A stretch of DNA of 62,692 nt, filler included, from Globobulimina sp. (taxonomy: Eukaryota), in assembly GCA_003354225.1 (NCBI GenBank). It is 31 parts of 31 records of this genome, joined end to end, with 100 filler letters (N's around TTAATTAATTAA, not from the genome) between each part and the next. Parts side by side here need not be neighbours in the genome. Positions count along the whole stretch, not along the records: positions 1 to 1,927 come from PIVH01010512.1; positions 2,028 to 3,954 come from PIVH01010513.1; positions 4,055 to 5,981 come from PIVH01010514.1; positions 6,082 to 8,008 come from PIVH01010515.1; positions 8,109 to 10,035 come from PIVH01010516.1; 26 more parts are not named here. One strand, 5' to 3'. Positions within the stretch are counted from its first letter, which is position 1. Each line of letters opens with the position of its first letter. The notes under the pieces are model-generated. The model saw only the letters and a program-made list of their open reading frames with translations. It was not told where the DNA came from and did no database searches. Shown here piece after piece: positions 1 through 10,135 of the stretch. The position numbers and the translations under genes were made by a program.

Positions 1-259
1 ATTCATCATCAGCTGTATGCCAAGCAATCGATTTTATTTGTGGAAAATAATCAATATTGTACCAACTGTATTTGCAGTGCTACTATATATATTTATTCAA
101 ATTGATGGACCACCATTCATAATCCTTTCGGCGAGCTCTTTTGGATTAGACTCACTGATATGCAGTTTTTGTTGAAGTGACCTTGCATCTTTAAAGAGTT
201 TTTTACAATATTAGTATGGTTGAAGTTATATAATTTACAATATTAGTACTAGTATGGTA

Positions 260-1570
260 TCAATGTCGAACAAACATCGGCATATTTCTAATCGAATCAA
301 CCAAAAGCTCCAATCTAACTCTCCTTCGTTTCTCCCTCAATGTCTCAAACTGTGCCATTTCAAATGCAGCACCAAAATATCCACAAATTATCTTATCCCG
401 TTTTATTCGTTCTTTTGTCACAGCAAATATCCGCGGCCATCCATTCACCACAGCTGTTACATATTCGATATTTGCTTCCTTTTTATCCTGTTCAATCACA
501 GGTTTTACATACATTAATAAATGGTCCTCACCTGATCGATATGATTGATATCCAATCGCATCAATGATAAACTTGCCATTACCTTTTCGAATCTCATCAA
601 TTGCTTTTCTCATATCCAATATATCAGATTCATTTTCTTCATCATCATCATCATCATCCTCATCATCCTCTCCCTCCATCGACACGTTATTCCCGTCAAT
701 TTCCTCCACATCAATGTCTTGCTCAAATGCATATAAATTTGCCAATTCTTTCTTATTTGAATTATGATAAATATCCTCAAATTCTTGCTCAGTCATTAAA
801 AGTCCGTGATATTCGCCAATAACACAATTTTTAATTATATTCTCTGTTGCAAATAAAAATGTATTTGCCATATTATTGTCAACTCGGCTTTCCACAAAAT
901 CACCATTTGAATCTCGCTCATTGTCATTTCTTAAACAAAGTAAAACTTGTTGTTTTTCATAATTATAACGCACTCTGTTTTGATTATTATTATTATTTGG
1001 TTTGAGTGCCACAGCAATATACGGATCCGTACTGTTATTGCGTTGATTGACGAGGTTTTTGTTTCTTTTTATAAATGTTATAATTGCTTTTTTATACTGT
1101 TTATGATTTCTGTTTGTAATGTTTATATTGATTACGGTCTCAGCAAAGCCGGCCATTAATTTCTTTTTAATTTGTGCGAGTCCATTGGATGAGATACCAT
1201 TATTTTTATCAACGGGAATGCAATTATATTGTGGCTCAAATGAGGAGGTCGCTAATTTTTTTAATACATTCAATTTCTCTTTGAGTTCCGCTATTTGTTT
1301 TTTTAATTTTCTTATTTGAGCATCTTTGCTTTTTGAATCGCCCATTATCATTACATCATCATCGCCATCGCCCAATAAACTGTCAAAATCGCACGAACTG
1401 TGCGGTGAAATAAGAGGGAACCATCCGGCAAGTCTTTGGTAATATGGATGATTACGTGCTTCGTTTTCATCATCATCTGTGTTATGATTGTGATTATGAT
1501 TATTGTCTCTATTTAATCTTCGTCTTTTTTTCGGGGGTTGGCCTGATACGGTTGCTTTCGACATTGACAT
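260..1570 (-). CDS. SET-domain-like protein with a degenerate catalytic motif, N-terminal NLS and coiled coil
   Basis: SET-like blocks FLFATENIIKNCVIGEYHGLLMT, LYAFE, FIIDAIG, NIEYVTAVVNGWPRIFAVTKERIKRDKIICGYFG; the usual RFINH motif reads MYVKP. Confidence 0.7.
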   Translation of the reverse strand: MSMSKATVSGQPPKKRRRLNRDNNHNHNHNTDDDENEARNHPYYQRLAGWFPLISPHSSCDFDSLLGDGDDDVMIMGDSKSKDAQIRKLKKQIAELKEKLNVLKKLATSSFEPQYNCIPVDKNNGISSNGLAQIKKKLMAGFAETVININITNRNHKQYKKAIITFIKRNKNLVNQRNNSTDPYIAVALKPNNNNNQNRVRYNYEKQQVLLCLRNDNERDSNGDFVESRVDNNMANTFLFATENIIKNCVIGEYHGLLMTEQEFEDIYHNSNKKELANLYAFEQDIDVEEIDGNNVSMEGEDDEDDDDDDEENESDILDMRKAIDEIRKGNGKFIIDAIGYQSYRSGEDHLLMYVKPVIEQDKKEANIEYVTAVVNGWPRIFAVTKERIKRDKIICGYFGAAFEMAQFETLREKRRRVRLELLVDSIRNMPMFVRH

Positions 1571-1660
1571 TAAAAAAAGAAATTCGCAAAACCTTTAGCA
1601 ACAAAAAATCGCTTAAGACGGATAAAAAATCGCGTTTGTGAGAAAAATTCAGTTTAATAT

Positions 1661-1927
1661 TTATTGTTGAGATTTAGAATTTATTTGTTTAACAACTCTT
1701 TTCATATACGTTCTTCTTCCAGGATTTCTTTGGTCTTTTTCAAATTGTTGAATTACCAGTTTACAAAGTTCTGATCCGTCATTCCTTGCCCATGTCGAGT
1801 CAGCCTTTTTATATCCTTTCCATTTCATTAAATATTCGGTTTTTCCATTTTTAATTCTTTCACCATATATTTTTTCCACAAATCTTTGTTCTGTTTTTCT
1901 TCGTTTGCTTGGTGGACTTGCTGTTAT
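1661..1927 (-). CDS. Chromodomain protein, 5'-partial (frame open to contig end)
   Basis: RFVEKIYGERIKNGKTEYLMKWKGYKKADSTW matches the chromodomain consensus with F/W/Y aromatic-cage positions retained. Confidence 0.85.
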   Translation of the reverse strand: MTASPPSKRRKTEQRFVEKIYGERIKNGKTEYLMKWKGYKKADSTWARNDGSELCKLVIQQFEKDQRNPGRRTYMKRVVKQINSKSQQ

Positions 1928-2027
1928 NNNNNNNNNNNNNNNNNNNNNNNNNNNNNNNNNNNNNNNNNNNNTTAATTAATTAANNNNNNNNNNNNNNNNN
2001 NNNNNNNNNNNNNNNNNNNNNNNNNNN
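1928..2027. other. Artificial contig linker (44 N + TTAATTAATTAA + 44 N); first of 30
   Basis: The same 100-nt spacer starts at 1928, 3955, 5982, 8009, 10036, 12062, 14088, 16114, 18140, 20166, 22192, 24218, 26244, 28270, 30296, 32322, 34347, 36372, 38397, 40422, 42447, 44472, 46497, 48522, 50547, 52572, 54597, 56621, 58645 and 60669. The core has stops in all six frames, and the contigs between spacers shrink from 1927 to 1924 nt. Confidence 0.99.
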
Positions 2028-2747
2028 CGTGCCTTTATGTTTCCAAATTATTGGAAACATTCGGAAGAAATTTGGAGATATTCTGTATTAGCGCGTAAAA
2101 GAGATAACGTCGAGGAATGGAGTTTATTGGCACCGTGGATTGATTTGCGACACAATGCTCTGCGTAAACGAGATTATGGCTATGTGTTTTGGTTTGGTTT
2201 AATAAAATACCGCGTGAAGAGGAAGCCAAATTATTACATGTTAAATATTATTATTCCATTGTTCTTGATGATTGCCTGTGCCTTTGCTGTATTGCTACCA
2301 ATATGGATCGAGGAGAGTATATCTGATCGCTTGTCCTATTTAATTACATTATTATTGACTGTGGCTGCCTTTCAATTGGCAATATCAGACGTTTTGCCGT
2401 ATAAATCACAATTTACATTGATTGATAAATATTTTTTATTGGGCTATTTTATTTTGGCAGCATTGGTTCTCGAAGGAAGTTTGGCTGAAAGCTTTCCAAA
2501 TAACGCAGAGACGTTAGATATAATATTTGGTTGCGTTTTAGGCGCGTTATGGTGGGGCTACTCAATGGAATTTGTATTCAAATTTATAACATTCCGGGAA
2601 GTGAGTAATCGAGGTTTTGGCGCAATGTGTCGAGGAATTGGTGTTATATTACAGGGGCTGTTTTGTTGTGGGTTTTGGAGGGCGTTTGTTTGGGGGATTA
2701 TTGCTCTGTTAATCGTAGAAGGGACTATCGGACGAAACGCTGGATGA
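2028..2747 (+). CDS. Pentameric ligand-gated ion channel (Cys-loop family) transmembrane region, 5'-partial
   Basis: RVKRKPNYYMLNIIIPLFLM (pre-M1/M1), DRLSYLITLLLTVAAFQLAISDVLP (M2), FTLIDKYFL (M3). The C-terminus may continue in the 2627..2977 frame; I could not resolve the junction. Confidence 0.85.
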   Translation, partial: RAFMFPNYWKHSEEIWRYSVLARKRDNVEEWSLLAPWIDLRHNALRKRDYGYVFWFGLIKYRVKRKPNYYMLNIIIPLFLMIACAFAVLLPIWIEESISDRLSYLITLLLTVAAFQLAISDVLPYKSQFTLIDKYFLLGYFILAALVLEGSLAESFPNNAETLDIIFGCVLGALWWGYSMEFVFKFITFREVSNRGFGAMCRGIGVILQGLFCCGFWRAFVWGIIALLIVEGTIGRNAG

Positions 2748-3366
2748 GGATGGAAAAACATGAAGCGTCTTCGTGGGATCATGCTACCACATTAGCGGAA
2801 AAATCGGAAAAAGCTGAATTAGTTTTAGGAACAAATGGTGATATGTATGCATTGCGGAATGGTGATGTTAAAAACGGTGAATGTTATCAAGAGATTGATG
2901 GTACCGCAGATCCACAATATAATGACAAAAGTATATTGCAACGTAGAAGCAAATTGGTTGATATGCTAAATGTATAATCATGTGTATAGTACAAGTATAT
3001 AAATGGGTGAAAATTGATTTGAAATGTTTTTTTAAATCAGTTTAACAGTTTGAAACATTTGATACTTGTATTTTTAGGCAGTCTTATTAAGTTGGAAAAC
3101 ATTATAAAACGTTGCTGAAAACAATATCGTTTTTAAGAAAAGTGAGCCAGAAACGAAAATAACGATCCTTTCGTTTTACACATTTTACATTTCTGCCGTT
3201 TTACACTTTGTTTTACTTTTAATTTAATTTCATTTTACATAGTCATGAAATCCTTGCACTAAAACGTAAATAATTGTGTTACATAGAGAATTACATTAAG
3301 TTACAGTTAATTGGAGATAAAAAATGATACAATGCATTGGTTACCAATTACAAAAATTAAATAATA

Positions 3367-3861
3367 CTATTGCTTGTCATCGATGCTTATTGTTTCTTGT
3401 GTTGCTGTTTGTTGTGGAGCATTAAAATAAGCATCTAATTCTTTATCCAAATTCGAAGACATTGAGTTATTACGATCTGCGATATTTGGATTTTTCATAT
3501 TATATGCATCCAATTCACGATCTAAGGAGGCGGCGTCCAACACTCTCTTGTTCTTATTGTTATTCTTATTCTTATTAAAATTCCTATTCATATTATTGTT
3601 ATTATTCCTATTCTGATTCTTATTGTTAATATTATTAAATCTGCGATTATTATTATTAGCATTATTGAACGTATTCCTGTTATTATAATAATGCTGTCGT
3701 TTATTAGCAAGATATGCATTAAATTGTTGATTATTATTATTATTATATTCGTTATTTACATTGGAATGGTTTTGATATGCTGGCAATTGTCTGACTTGTT
3801 GTTGTTCTGTGTATTTGTTTGTAGAATGGATAGATTTTGCGAAAATGCGTATTTTCAACAA
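3367..3861 (-). CDS. CHTOP/FoP-duplication (ALY/Yra1 C-terminal-like) motif protein, 3' exon
   Basis: Asn/Arg-rich region followed by two LD(R/K)ELDAY motifs. Confidence 0.65.
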   Translation of the reverse strand: MLKIRIFAKSIHSTNKYTEQQQVRQLPAYQNHSNVNNEYNNNNNQQFNAYLANKRQHYYNNRNTFNNANNNNRRFNNINNKNQNRNNNNNMNRNFNKNKNNNKNKRVLDAASLDRELDAYNMKNPNIADRNNSMSSNLDKELDAYFNAPQQTATQETISIDDKQ

Positions 3862-4054
3862 AAAGAATCAACTTTGAGGTCGTTGGTACGGTGAATAATT
3901 GATAGTATTTCTGGTCGACGCATTTGATGTTCGATACGACTTATAACCATTTCCNNNNNNNNNNNNNNNNNNNNNNNNNNNNNNNNNNNNNNNNNNNNTT
4001 AATTAATTAANNNNNNNNNNNNNNNNNNNNNNNNNNNNNNNNNNNNNNNNNNNN

Positions 4055-4172
4055 TGGGTTTTGGGGATGGAGAGAGAGAATATTTGCGCCACAAACGCAG
4101 TTTAATAATTATTGTGGTGGCAAAGCAATGGGTTTTGGGGATGGAGAGAGAGAATATTTGCGCCACAAACGC
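4055..4172 (+). repeat. Direct duplication of about 45 nt at the contig start
   Basis: TGGGTTTTGGGGATGGAGAGAGAGAATATTTGCGCCACAAACGCA occurs at 4055 and again at about 4129. Confidence 0.9.
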
Positions 4173-4351
4173 ATATTTGCGCTTGGAGAAATAATAAATT
4201 ATGGCTTTGTTGCAATTGGTGGAGAAGGATTTTATGGAATTGCAATTAATATTGGCGGACAAGGAATTTATGGGTTTATTTGTGTTGCAATTGGTGGACA
4301 AGGTGTTGCAATAGAATAAAACCAAAGTCACTTTGGTTCAAGTTATTTTTG

Positions 4352-5769
4352 TTAATATGAAAATTGTTCATATAATGAATGATTTCCTTTCCATTTTCTC
4401 CATTGCATATTAATACAATTTTTAGCAACTATTGGTGGCACATAATGCTTCCATTTACTACAAGCTGCTTTTCCAAATAATATTACATCACCTGGATGTC
4501 TTCTAACAGTCATTCCAGAATATCGTGATGTTTTTACTTGACCACAAAAACCTAAATATGAATGACCCAAATCTTGATTTTCTAATGGTTCAAGACAAAT
4601 ATTTGCAGTCATTATCAAATCCTGATAAAAACCATCCTTTTCTGTGCTAATATCATTATGTGCACACAACGAGGCACCTTTATTGTATAAAATAAAATTA
4701 TTACATAATTTGCCAAATGGATCATCTTTAAACCAATACCAATTTTTACAAACATTAAATCCTTCAACTTGCGCGATGGTCAATAGATCTTTGTTATAAA
4801 AATATATATAAAAATATTTTTATAAAACAAAACATTTTTATAATTGAAAACGTTTTTATAACTAAGATTTATATTCAAATGGAGAGTTGTTTCACCTTCT
4901 GTAATTTCTAAATGTTTCTTTAAAGAAGAACCTGTGCCGTTGAACATTGTGTTTATTTTAAAATTTGTTTCATTTGTTTTCTTTTTCTCGCCCATACATA
5001 TATCCCAACTACGACCAGCATTATAATGAAAACGCCATTTTGAAGCATGCGTTGAAATACCGTCTACATCATATTTTTTCCTAAATGGTAATATTCCATG
5101 TTCTTTATAATAATTATAAGCTCCATAAACGTTTCTGTCAATAAATGGTTTATAAACGGATGGATTAAACATATTTTGAATAATTACAACATTTTCAAAC
5201 TGTGCTTCCGGAATATTTGCTGTAATAATGCTTATTTTTCTACTTCGGCAACCATTTCTTCCTAAACAATATTCCTTTGTTATTGGTTTCCAATTTCTTG
5301 ACAGATTATAAAAATTAAAATCATCAATTCTTGCTGCAAAAGCAGAATTTTCTGCATTTGTCCAGTTTCGTTGATCATGTTTATATAAACAATATAATGT
5401 TTGATTTATATCACGGAAAAATACATTGCCTTGAACCTCATAAAATGCTTCACATATTACTGTTTCAAATCGTTGTGGTGTTAAAGCTACATTTTTTAGC
5501 ATATTACACTCACATTGTGTACACATATGTGTATATTTTATACACCGCGGACAAAAATCAAAATTACAACATTCACAATTGTATTTAGGGATTCCAGTCC
5601 CAAATAATTTCCCACAACCACAACATTTTAGTTTCCAATTTTCTTTACTCATAATATAAGACTTATTGTTAAATATACCGCTCGGTTTTGTTTGTGTGAT
5701 ATTTTCATTTTCAGCAAAATATATTAATGGTTCGTTTACATTTTCAGCGGTATCAATATTTGCTGGCAA
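4352..5769 (-). CDS. Cys-rich zinc finger (ZZ-like) + AlkB-like 2OG-Fe(II) dioxygenase, two exons (intron 4789..4895)
   Basis: Exon 1 has CCGC...CECCNFDFCPRC...CTQCEC. A phase-1 GTGAAA...AAAG intron joins it in frame (LEITE-D-LLTIAQ) to exon 2, which has AHND (HxD), KWKHYVPP (distal His) and CINMQWR. Confidence 0.65.
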
Positions 5770-5981
5770 TGCAATAATATTTATGTTTCTCTCTTTTTCT
5801 TCGGAATTGTTTATTTTTTTTTTTTTTTTTGGTGGTTTTTTTTTAATTTTTTTTGTTTCGGGAATTTTTTTTTATTTTTTTTTTTTGATTTTTGTCCGCG
5901 GTGTATAAAATATACACATATGTGTACACAATGTGAGTGTAATATGCTAAAAAATGTAGCTTTAACACCACAACGATTTGA
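5465..5981. repeat. 99-nt inverted duplication (5465..5563 vs 5883..5981)
   Basis: The contig end is the reverse complement of coding sequence about 320 nt upstream, joined through a poly-T tract. Confidence 0.9.
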
Positions 5982-6217
5982 NNNNNNNNNNNNNNNNNNN
6001 NNNNNNNNNNNNNNNNNNNNNNNNNTTAATTAATTAANNNNNNNNNNNNNNNNNNNNNNNNNNNNNNNNNNNNNNNNNNNNTTTTAACTTAACATATTTA
6101 AATATTTAAGAATAAATATACTTTCGGGCTTTAAACAGTATTCAAAAATAATAATGACAAATTTGAAATTTCTGAACTATCTACTATTGTACAACAAAAC
6201 AGTTGGAATTCTTGAAT

Positions 6218-6250
6218 AAAATATCTTCTTTTGTTTGGAAAAGATATTTT
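6218..6250 (-). terminator. Stem-loop immediately downstream of ycf3
   Basis: AAAATATCTT (6218-6227) and AAGATATTTT (6241-6250) are perfect reverse complements just after the ycf3 stop. Confidence 0.5.
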
Positions 6251-6257
6251 CTAATTC

Positions 6258-6797
6258 TTAGAAGGAATCTTCTGAAATAATACGACCAGTTACTTTTAAC
6301 CAGTTTTGGGCACCTGGATAATTATCGGGTGCAAGTATAATCGCTTGTCGCCAATACTCTGCAGCCTTATCAAAAAATTCTTTTGCTAATTCTAAATATT
6401 CATCTTCTTGCATTTCGAGATCGCTATCTTGTGTTTGCATATTTAAAGCATTCAAACCTTGAGAATGATAAATAACCGCAATATTATTTAATGCTTGAGG
6501 TAAATTCGAATTTAATTCAAGCGCTTGATGATAATACTCAAGCGCTTGTGAATAATTACCATTATTTCCATAAATTAAACCAATATTATACAAAGTATAG
6601 CTTCGATCATAAGGATCTTCCTCTAATTGAAGTGCTTCATAATAATTTTCTAAAGCTTCAGCATATTTACCATCAGATTGAGCTGACATACCGGCACGAT
6701 AATAAGAAAACGCTTCTTTCTCTTGTTTACTTGCAGGTAAAACTTTTAACAAGATATCAGCAATTACGGTAAATGTTTTATCGATAAAATTACTCAT
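6258..6797 (-). CDS. ycf3: Plastid photosystem I assembly protein Ycf3 (TPR), diatom type
   Basis: [77 protein letters not shown]; intronless. Confidence 0.98.
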   Translation of the reverse strand: MSNFIDKTFTVIADILLKVLPASKQEKEAFSYYRAGMSAQSDGKYAEALENYYEALQLEEDPYDRSYTLYNIGLIYGNNGNYSQALEYYHQALELNSNLPQALNNIAVIYHSQGLNALNMQTQDSDLEMQEDEYLELAKEFFDKAAEYWRQAIILAPDNYPGAQNWLKVTGRIISEDSF

Positions 6798-7104
6798 CAG
6801 GATTATCTATTCCTTTCGATAGAATTTTAATTTTATTTATATAATAAACAATATTTAATAATATTGAGATAAATATTATTTAAGTATAGGCGATAAAATT
6901 AGAATTGCAAATATTTAATTATATTTTAATCGATTCATTCTGTCTACAAAATTGAGATTAATTTCATCCTGTACTTTTCACTAAATGGTTTTTTGTTAGA
7001 GTTTGATAAGATTTTTAAATTATATGAAGGAAATAATAAAAAATAGTTTATATTTATAAAAGTTAACATCGTACATTAAAGAATGATGCCAACTTTTAAT
7101 AAGT

Positions 7105-7323
7105 TTAAACTGAACTTTCTGCCACGAAAGGTAATAATGATAAAACACGTGCACGTTTGATTGCTTTCGCGATTTGACGTTGTTGTTGAACAGTTACTCC
7201 TGTTGCACGACGTGGAAGAATTTTACCTTGTTCAGTGATAAATAATTTTAATAAATCAATATCTTTGTAATCAATTTTTTGATTAATGCTAAGGGGTGAT
7301 AATTTTTGTTTTTGTGCAGCCAT
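7105..7323 (-). CDS. rps18: Plastid 30S ribosomal protein S18
   Basis: [51 protein letters not shown]. Confidence 0.98.
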   Translation of the reverse strand: MAAQKQKLSPLSINQKIDYKDIDLLKLFITEQGKILPRRATGVTVQQQRQIAKAIKRARVLSLLPFVAESSV

Positions 7324-7329
7324 GGTTAT

Positions 7330-7524
7330 TTATTTAATTTCTTTGTGTACTGTTGGTTTATTACAATGTTTACAGTATTTTTTAAGCTCTAATCGTTCAG
7401 GGTTATTACGACGATTTTTTTGGGTCGTGTATCGCGATACACCATTTGAACGTTTATTTGTATTAGATCGACATTCTGTACATTCTAATGTAATTAGAAT
7501 ACGAGTCCCTTTATTTTTTGCCAT
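7330..7524 (-). CDS. rpl33: Plastid 50S ribosomal protein L33
   Basis: [18 protein letters not shown]...[34 protein letters not shown]; directly upstream of rps18. Confidence 0.98.
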   Translation of the reverse strand: MAKNKGTRILITLECTECRSNTNKRSNGVSRYTTQKNRRNNPERLELKKYCKHCNKPTVHKEIK

Positions 7525-7724
7525 AAAGATTTATTTAAAATAATATTTTTTAAATACCATTTTGCCTAAAAATCTTTATCTTATCAAGGTTTTAGCTAAA
7601 AACTCTTAAAACTCTGAGAAAATAAAAAAATTATGCCAAAAACTTTCAATTTTACCAAAAATATATTATATTTTCTTGAATATTAAATATTAAATTAAAA
7701 ATTTATAGGATAAAAAATATTCTT

Positions 7725-8006
7725 ATGGCTAATAATAAGTCTGGAAAAAAACGGATTTTAATTAATGAAAGAAATCGTGTAGAAAATCGTTACTACAAAA
7801 GTTCTGTACGAACATTAACAAAAATGTTTTTACAAGATATTGAAGTTTACAAAACTTCACAAGATCCAAAAGACAAGACCGCTGCACAAAATAGTTTAAG
7901 TTCGGTTTATAGCTTAATCGATAAAGGAACTAAACGAAATGTCTTCCCAAAAAACACAGCTGCACGTAAAAAATCAAAGTTAGCTGCAAAATTAAAAGTT
8001 GTATAA
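7725..8006 (+). CDS. rps20: Plastid 30S ribosomal protein S20
   Basis: MANNKSGKKRILINERNRVENRYYKSSVRT...IDKGTKRNVFPKNTAARKKSKLA. Confidence 0.97.
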   Translation: MANNKSGKKRILINERNRVENRYYKSSVRTLTKMFLQDIEVYKTSQDPKDKTAAQNSLSSVYSLIDKGTKRNVFPKNTAARKKSKLAAKLKVV

Positions 8007-8113
8007 ACNNNNNNNNNNNNNNNNNNNNNNNNNNNNNNNNNNNNNNNNNNNNTTAATTAATTAANNNNNNNNNNNNNNNNNNNNNNNNNNNNNNNNNNNN
8101 NNNNNNNNAAGCG

Positions 8114-9096
8114 ATGCAAATTATAAATCAATTATTAAATCAATTGTCGCCCAATGATGAATGTAAATGTTATCATAATGCAACAAATCTAACCCCGTTG
8201 CCAGATGTCCAAGTGTTGTCAGAGCGTGTTATTTGTGTTTTAGGTCAAAATCCAAGCAGTATGACACTGCAAGGCACAAACACATATATAATTGGGACTG
8301 GTAAAAGGCGCTTTATAATCGATACTGGAGAAGGAGTTGCTTCGTATATAAAAATATTAAAACAAGCAATGAAAGATAGTGATACGGAATCAATTAAAGG
8401 AATAATATGCACGCATTGGCATTATGATCATATTAAAGGAATTGCGAGTATTCGTAAGGAGTTTGGTTCAGACATTCCAGTTTGGTTTATATGAGATTAT
8501 GTAATTAAAATATAATTAATATTATACACAATTGAAAGATATATAAATATTGGAGTGATAGTATGGAATCTAAATTGGGTGTAAAGTTTATTAATGTTTT
8601 AGATAAACAAATATTTAAATGTGAAGGAGCAACATTGATCGCCCATTATACGCCTGGCCATTGTGATGATCATATTGCATTGGAATTGGTGGAAGAAAAT
8701 AGTATTTTTTGTGGTGATTGTATTTTGGGTGAAGGCAGCACAGTATTTAATAACTTATATTTATATATGTTATCTTTGAAACAATTATTAACATTTAAAT
8801 GTGATGCAATGTATCCGGGACATGGTCCAATGATAAAAGATGCACAGAACAAAATAAATCAATATATCAATCATCGGAATAACAGAGAAATACAAATACT
8901 TAATGCATTAAAGCAAAAACAAAAAGAAATGAATAAATCAATTGATTCATGGACAATATGTGATATTGTTTATGATAAAACACCGCAAAACCTGAAAAGA
9001 CACGCTCACCACAATTTAATACACCATTTACATAAATTGGTGATGGAGAAAAGGGTTAAAGAGAATGATGACAAGACATATTTGTTTGTTCAATGA
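8114..9096 (+). CDS. LACTB2-like metallo-beta-lactamase-fold protein, two exons (intron 8480..8538)
   Basis: VLGQNPSSMTLQGTNTYIIG, IDTG, THWHYDHIKG, TPGHCDDH, FCGDCILGEG, YPGHG, YINHRNNREIQI; a GTTTGG...AAAG intron restores the frame. Confidence 0.9.
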
Positions 9097-9193
9097 CCTC
9101 ATGAGTTGCGTAGCTAAGCTTAAAGTTCAGATACTAAAATAAAATTAATTACAGAGAAAAAAATGCATGAAAAATATCATCTGAAAATAAATA

Positions 9194-10035
9194 TCAGTCA
9201 TTCTGTATCAATCCAACCTCCATTTCAGTGACTGCTTTATTAATTTTACTTTGAGCAATGTTGATGCAACATTTTAAACAACATCGGTCCATTTTTTTAC
9301 ATAATGTTTGATAACATCCATTCGCGACATCAAGATTGAGATACATACAAAATGAAACAATAAAACATTGAATTGGCCAGATACACATTGCAATCCACCA
9401 CATATAATAATATATTCTAACATCTTTTTTAATTAATATAAAATGAAAAGGAATATCATTAGATATAAAAGCAACCATTTGAATCGATATCTGTGTTGAT
9501 ATTATAATGATAACGGCAATCACACAAAATTTATTTAAAACATTTAATAATGCCATTTGTCTGTCAATTAATACTGGTGAATTTTCGATATTTGATGTAG
9601 CCGAATTGCATCGCGATTTAGCTATTTGTTTTAATTCATCTCTATTTGAATCAACTATGACAGCAAATAATCTATTTATAAATAAATAAACCAAACAAAT
9701 GGATAGAAGTATATCAACGATCTGAGCAGTCCAATTAAAGACAATTATACAAACATTAAATGATTTTGCATTCAATAAGTTATTCAAATAAAGATGAGCT
9801 GATATAAACAATGATATATATGACAAAACAAATAATATGATTTGAATATATATTGCAAGAAATGTATATTTATTGATTGCATATGTTGTAAATTGAAATA
9901 CATTCTTTAATCTCTTTGCCAATAATAAATAAACAAACATTTGTGCAATGCACCAGGACAATATACTTATTTCTTGCAATAAATATTGTTGAGAAATAGA
10001 TGGTGATCCAAATAATGAATATAATTCAATTACTT
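9194..10035 (-). CDS. Multi-pass (GPCR-like 7TM) membrane protein, 5'-partial
   Basis: Five or six hydrophobic helices, a long loop after the helix ending YLFINRLF, and a Cys-rich tail (YQTLCKKMDRCCLKCC). Confidence 0.5.
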
Positions 10036-10135
10036 NNNNNNNNNNNNNNNNNNNNNNNNNNNNNNNNNNNNNNNNNNNNTTAATTAATTAANNNNNNNNN
10101 NNNNNNNNNNNNNNNNNNNNNNNNNNNNNNNNNNN

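Noticed and set aside
4128-4319. Gly-rich repeat ORF (VAIGGxG) as a bacteriocin- or pilin-like peptide
   Set aside because: Short, lies in a duplicated and probably chimeric contig end, and has no supporting context.
6082-8008. Cyanobacterial origin or endosymbiotic gene transfer to the host nucleus
   Set aside because: AT-rich plastid-style spacers and diatom-like proteins, with no introns, targeting peptides or host junction.
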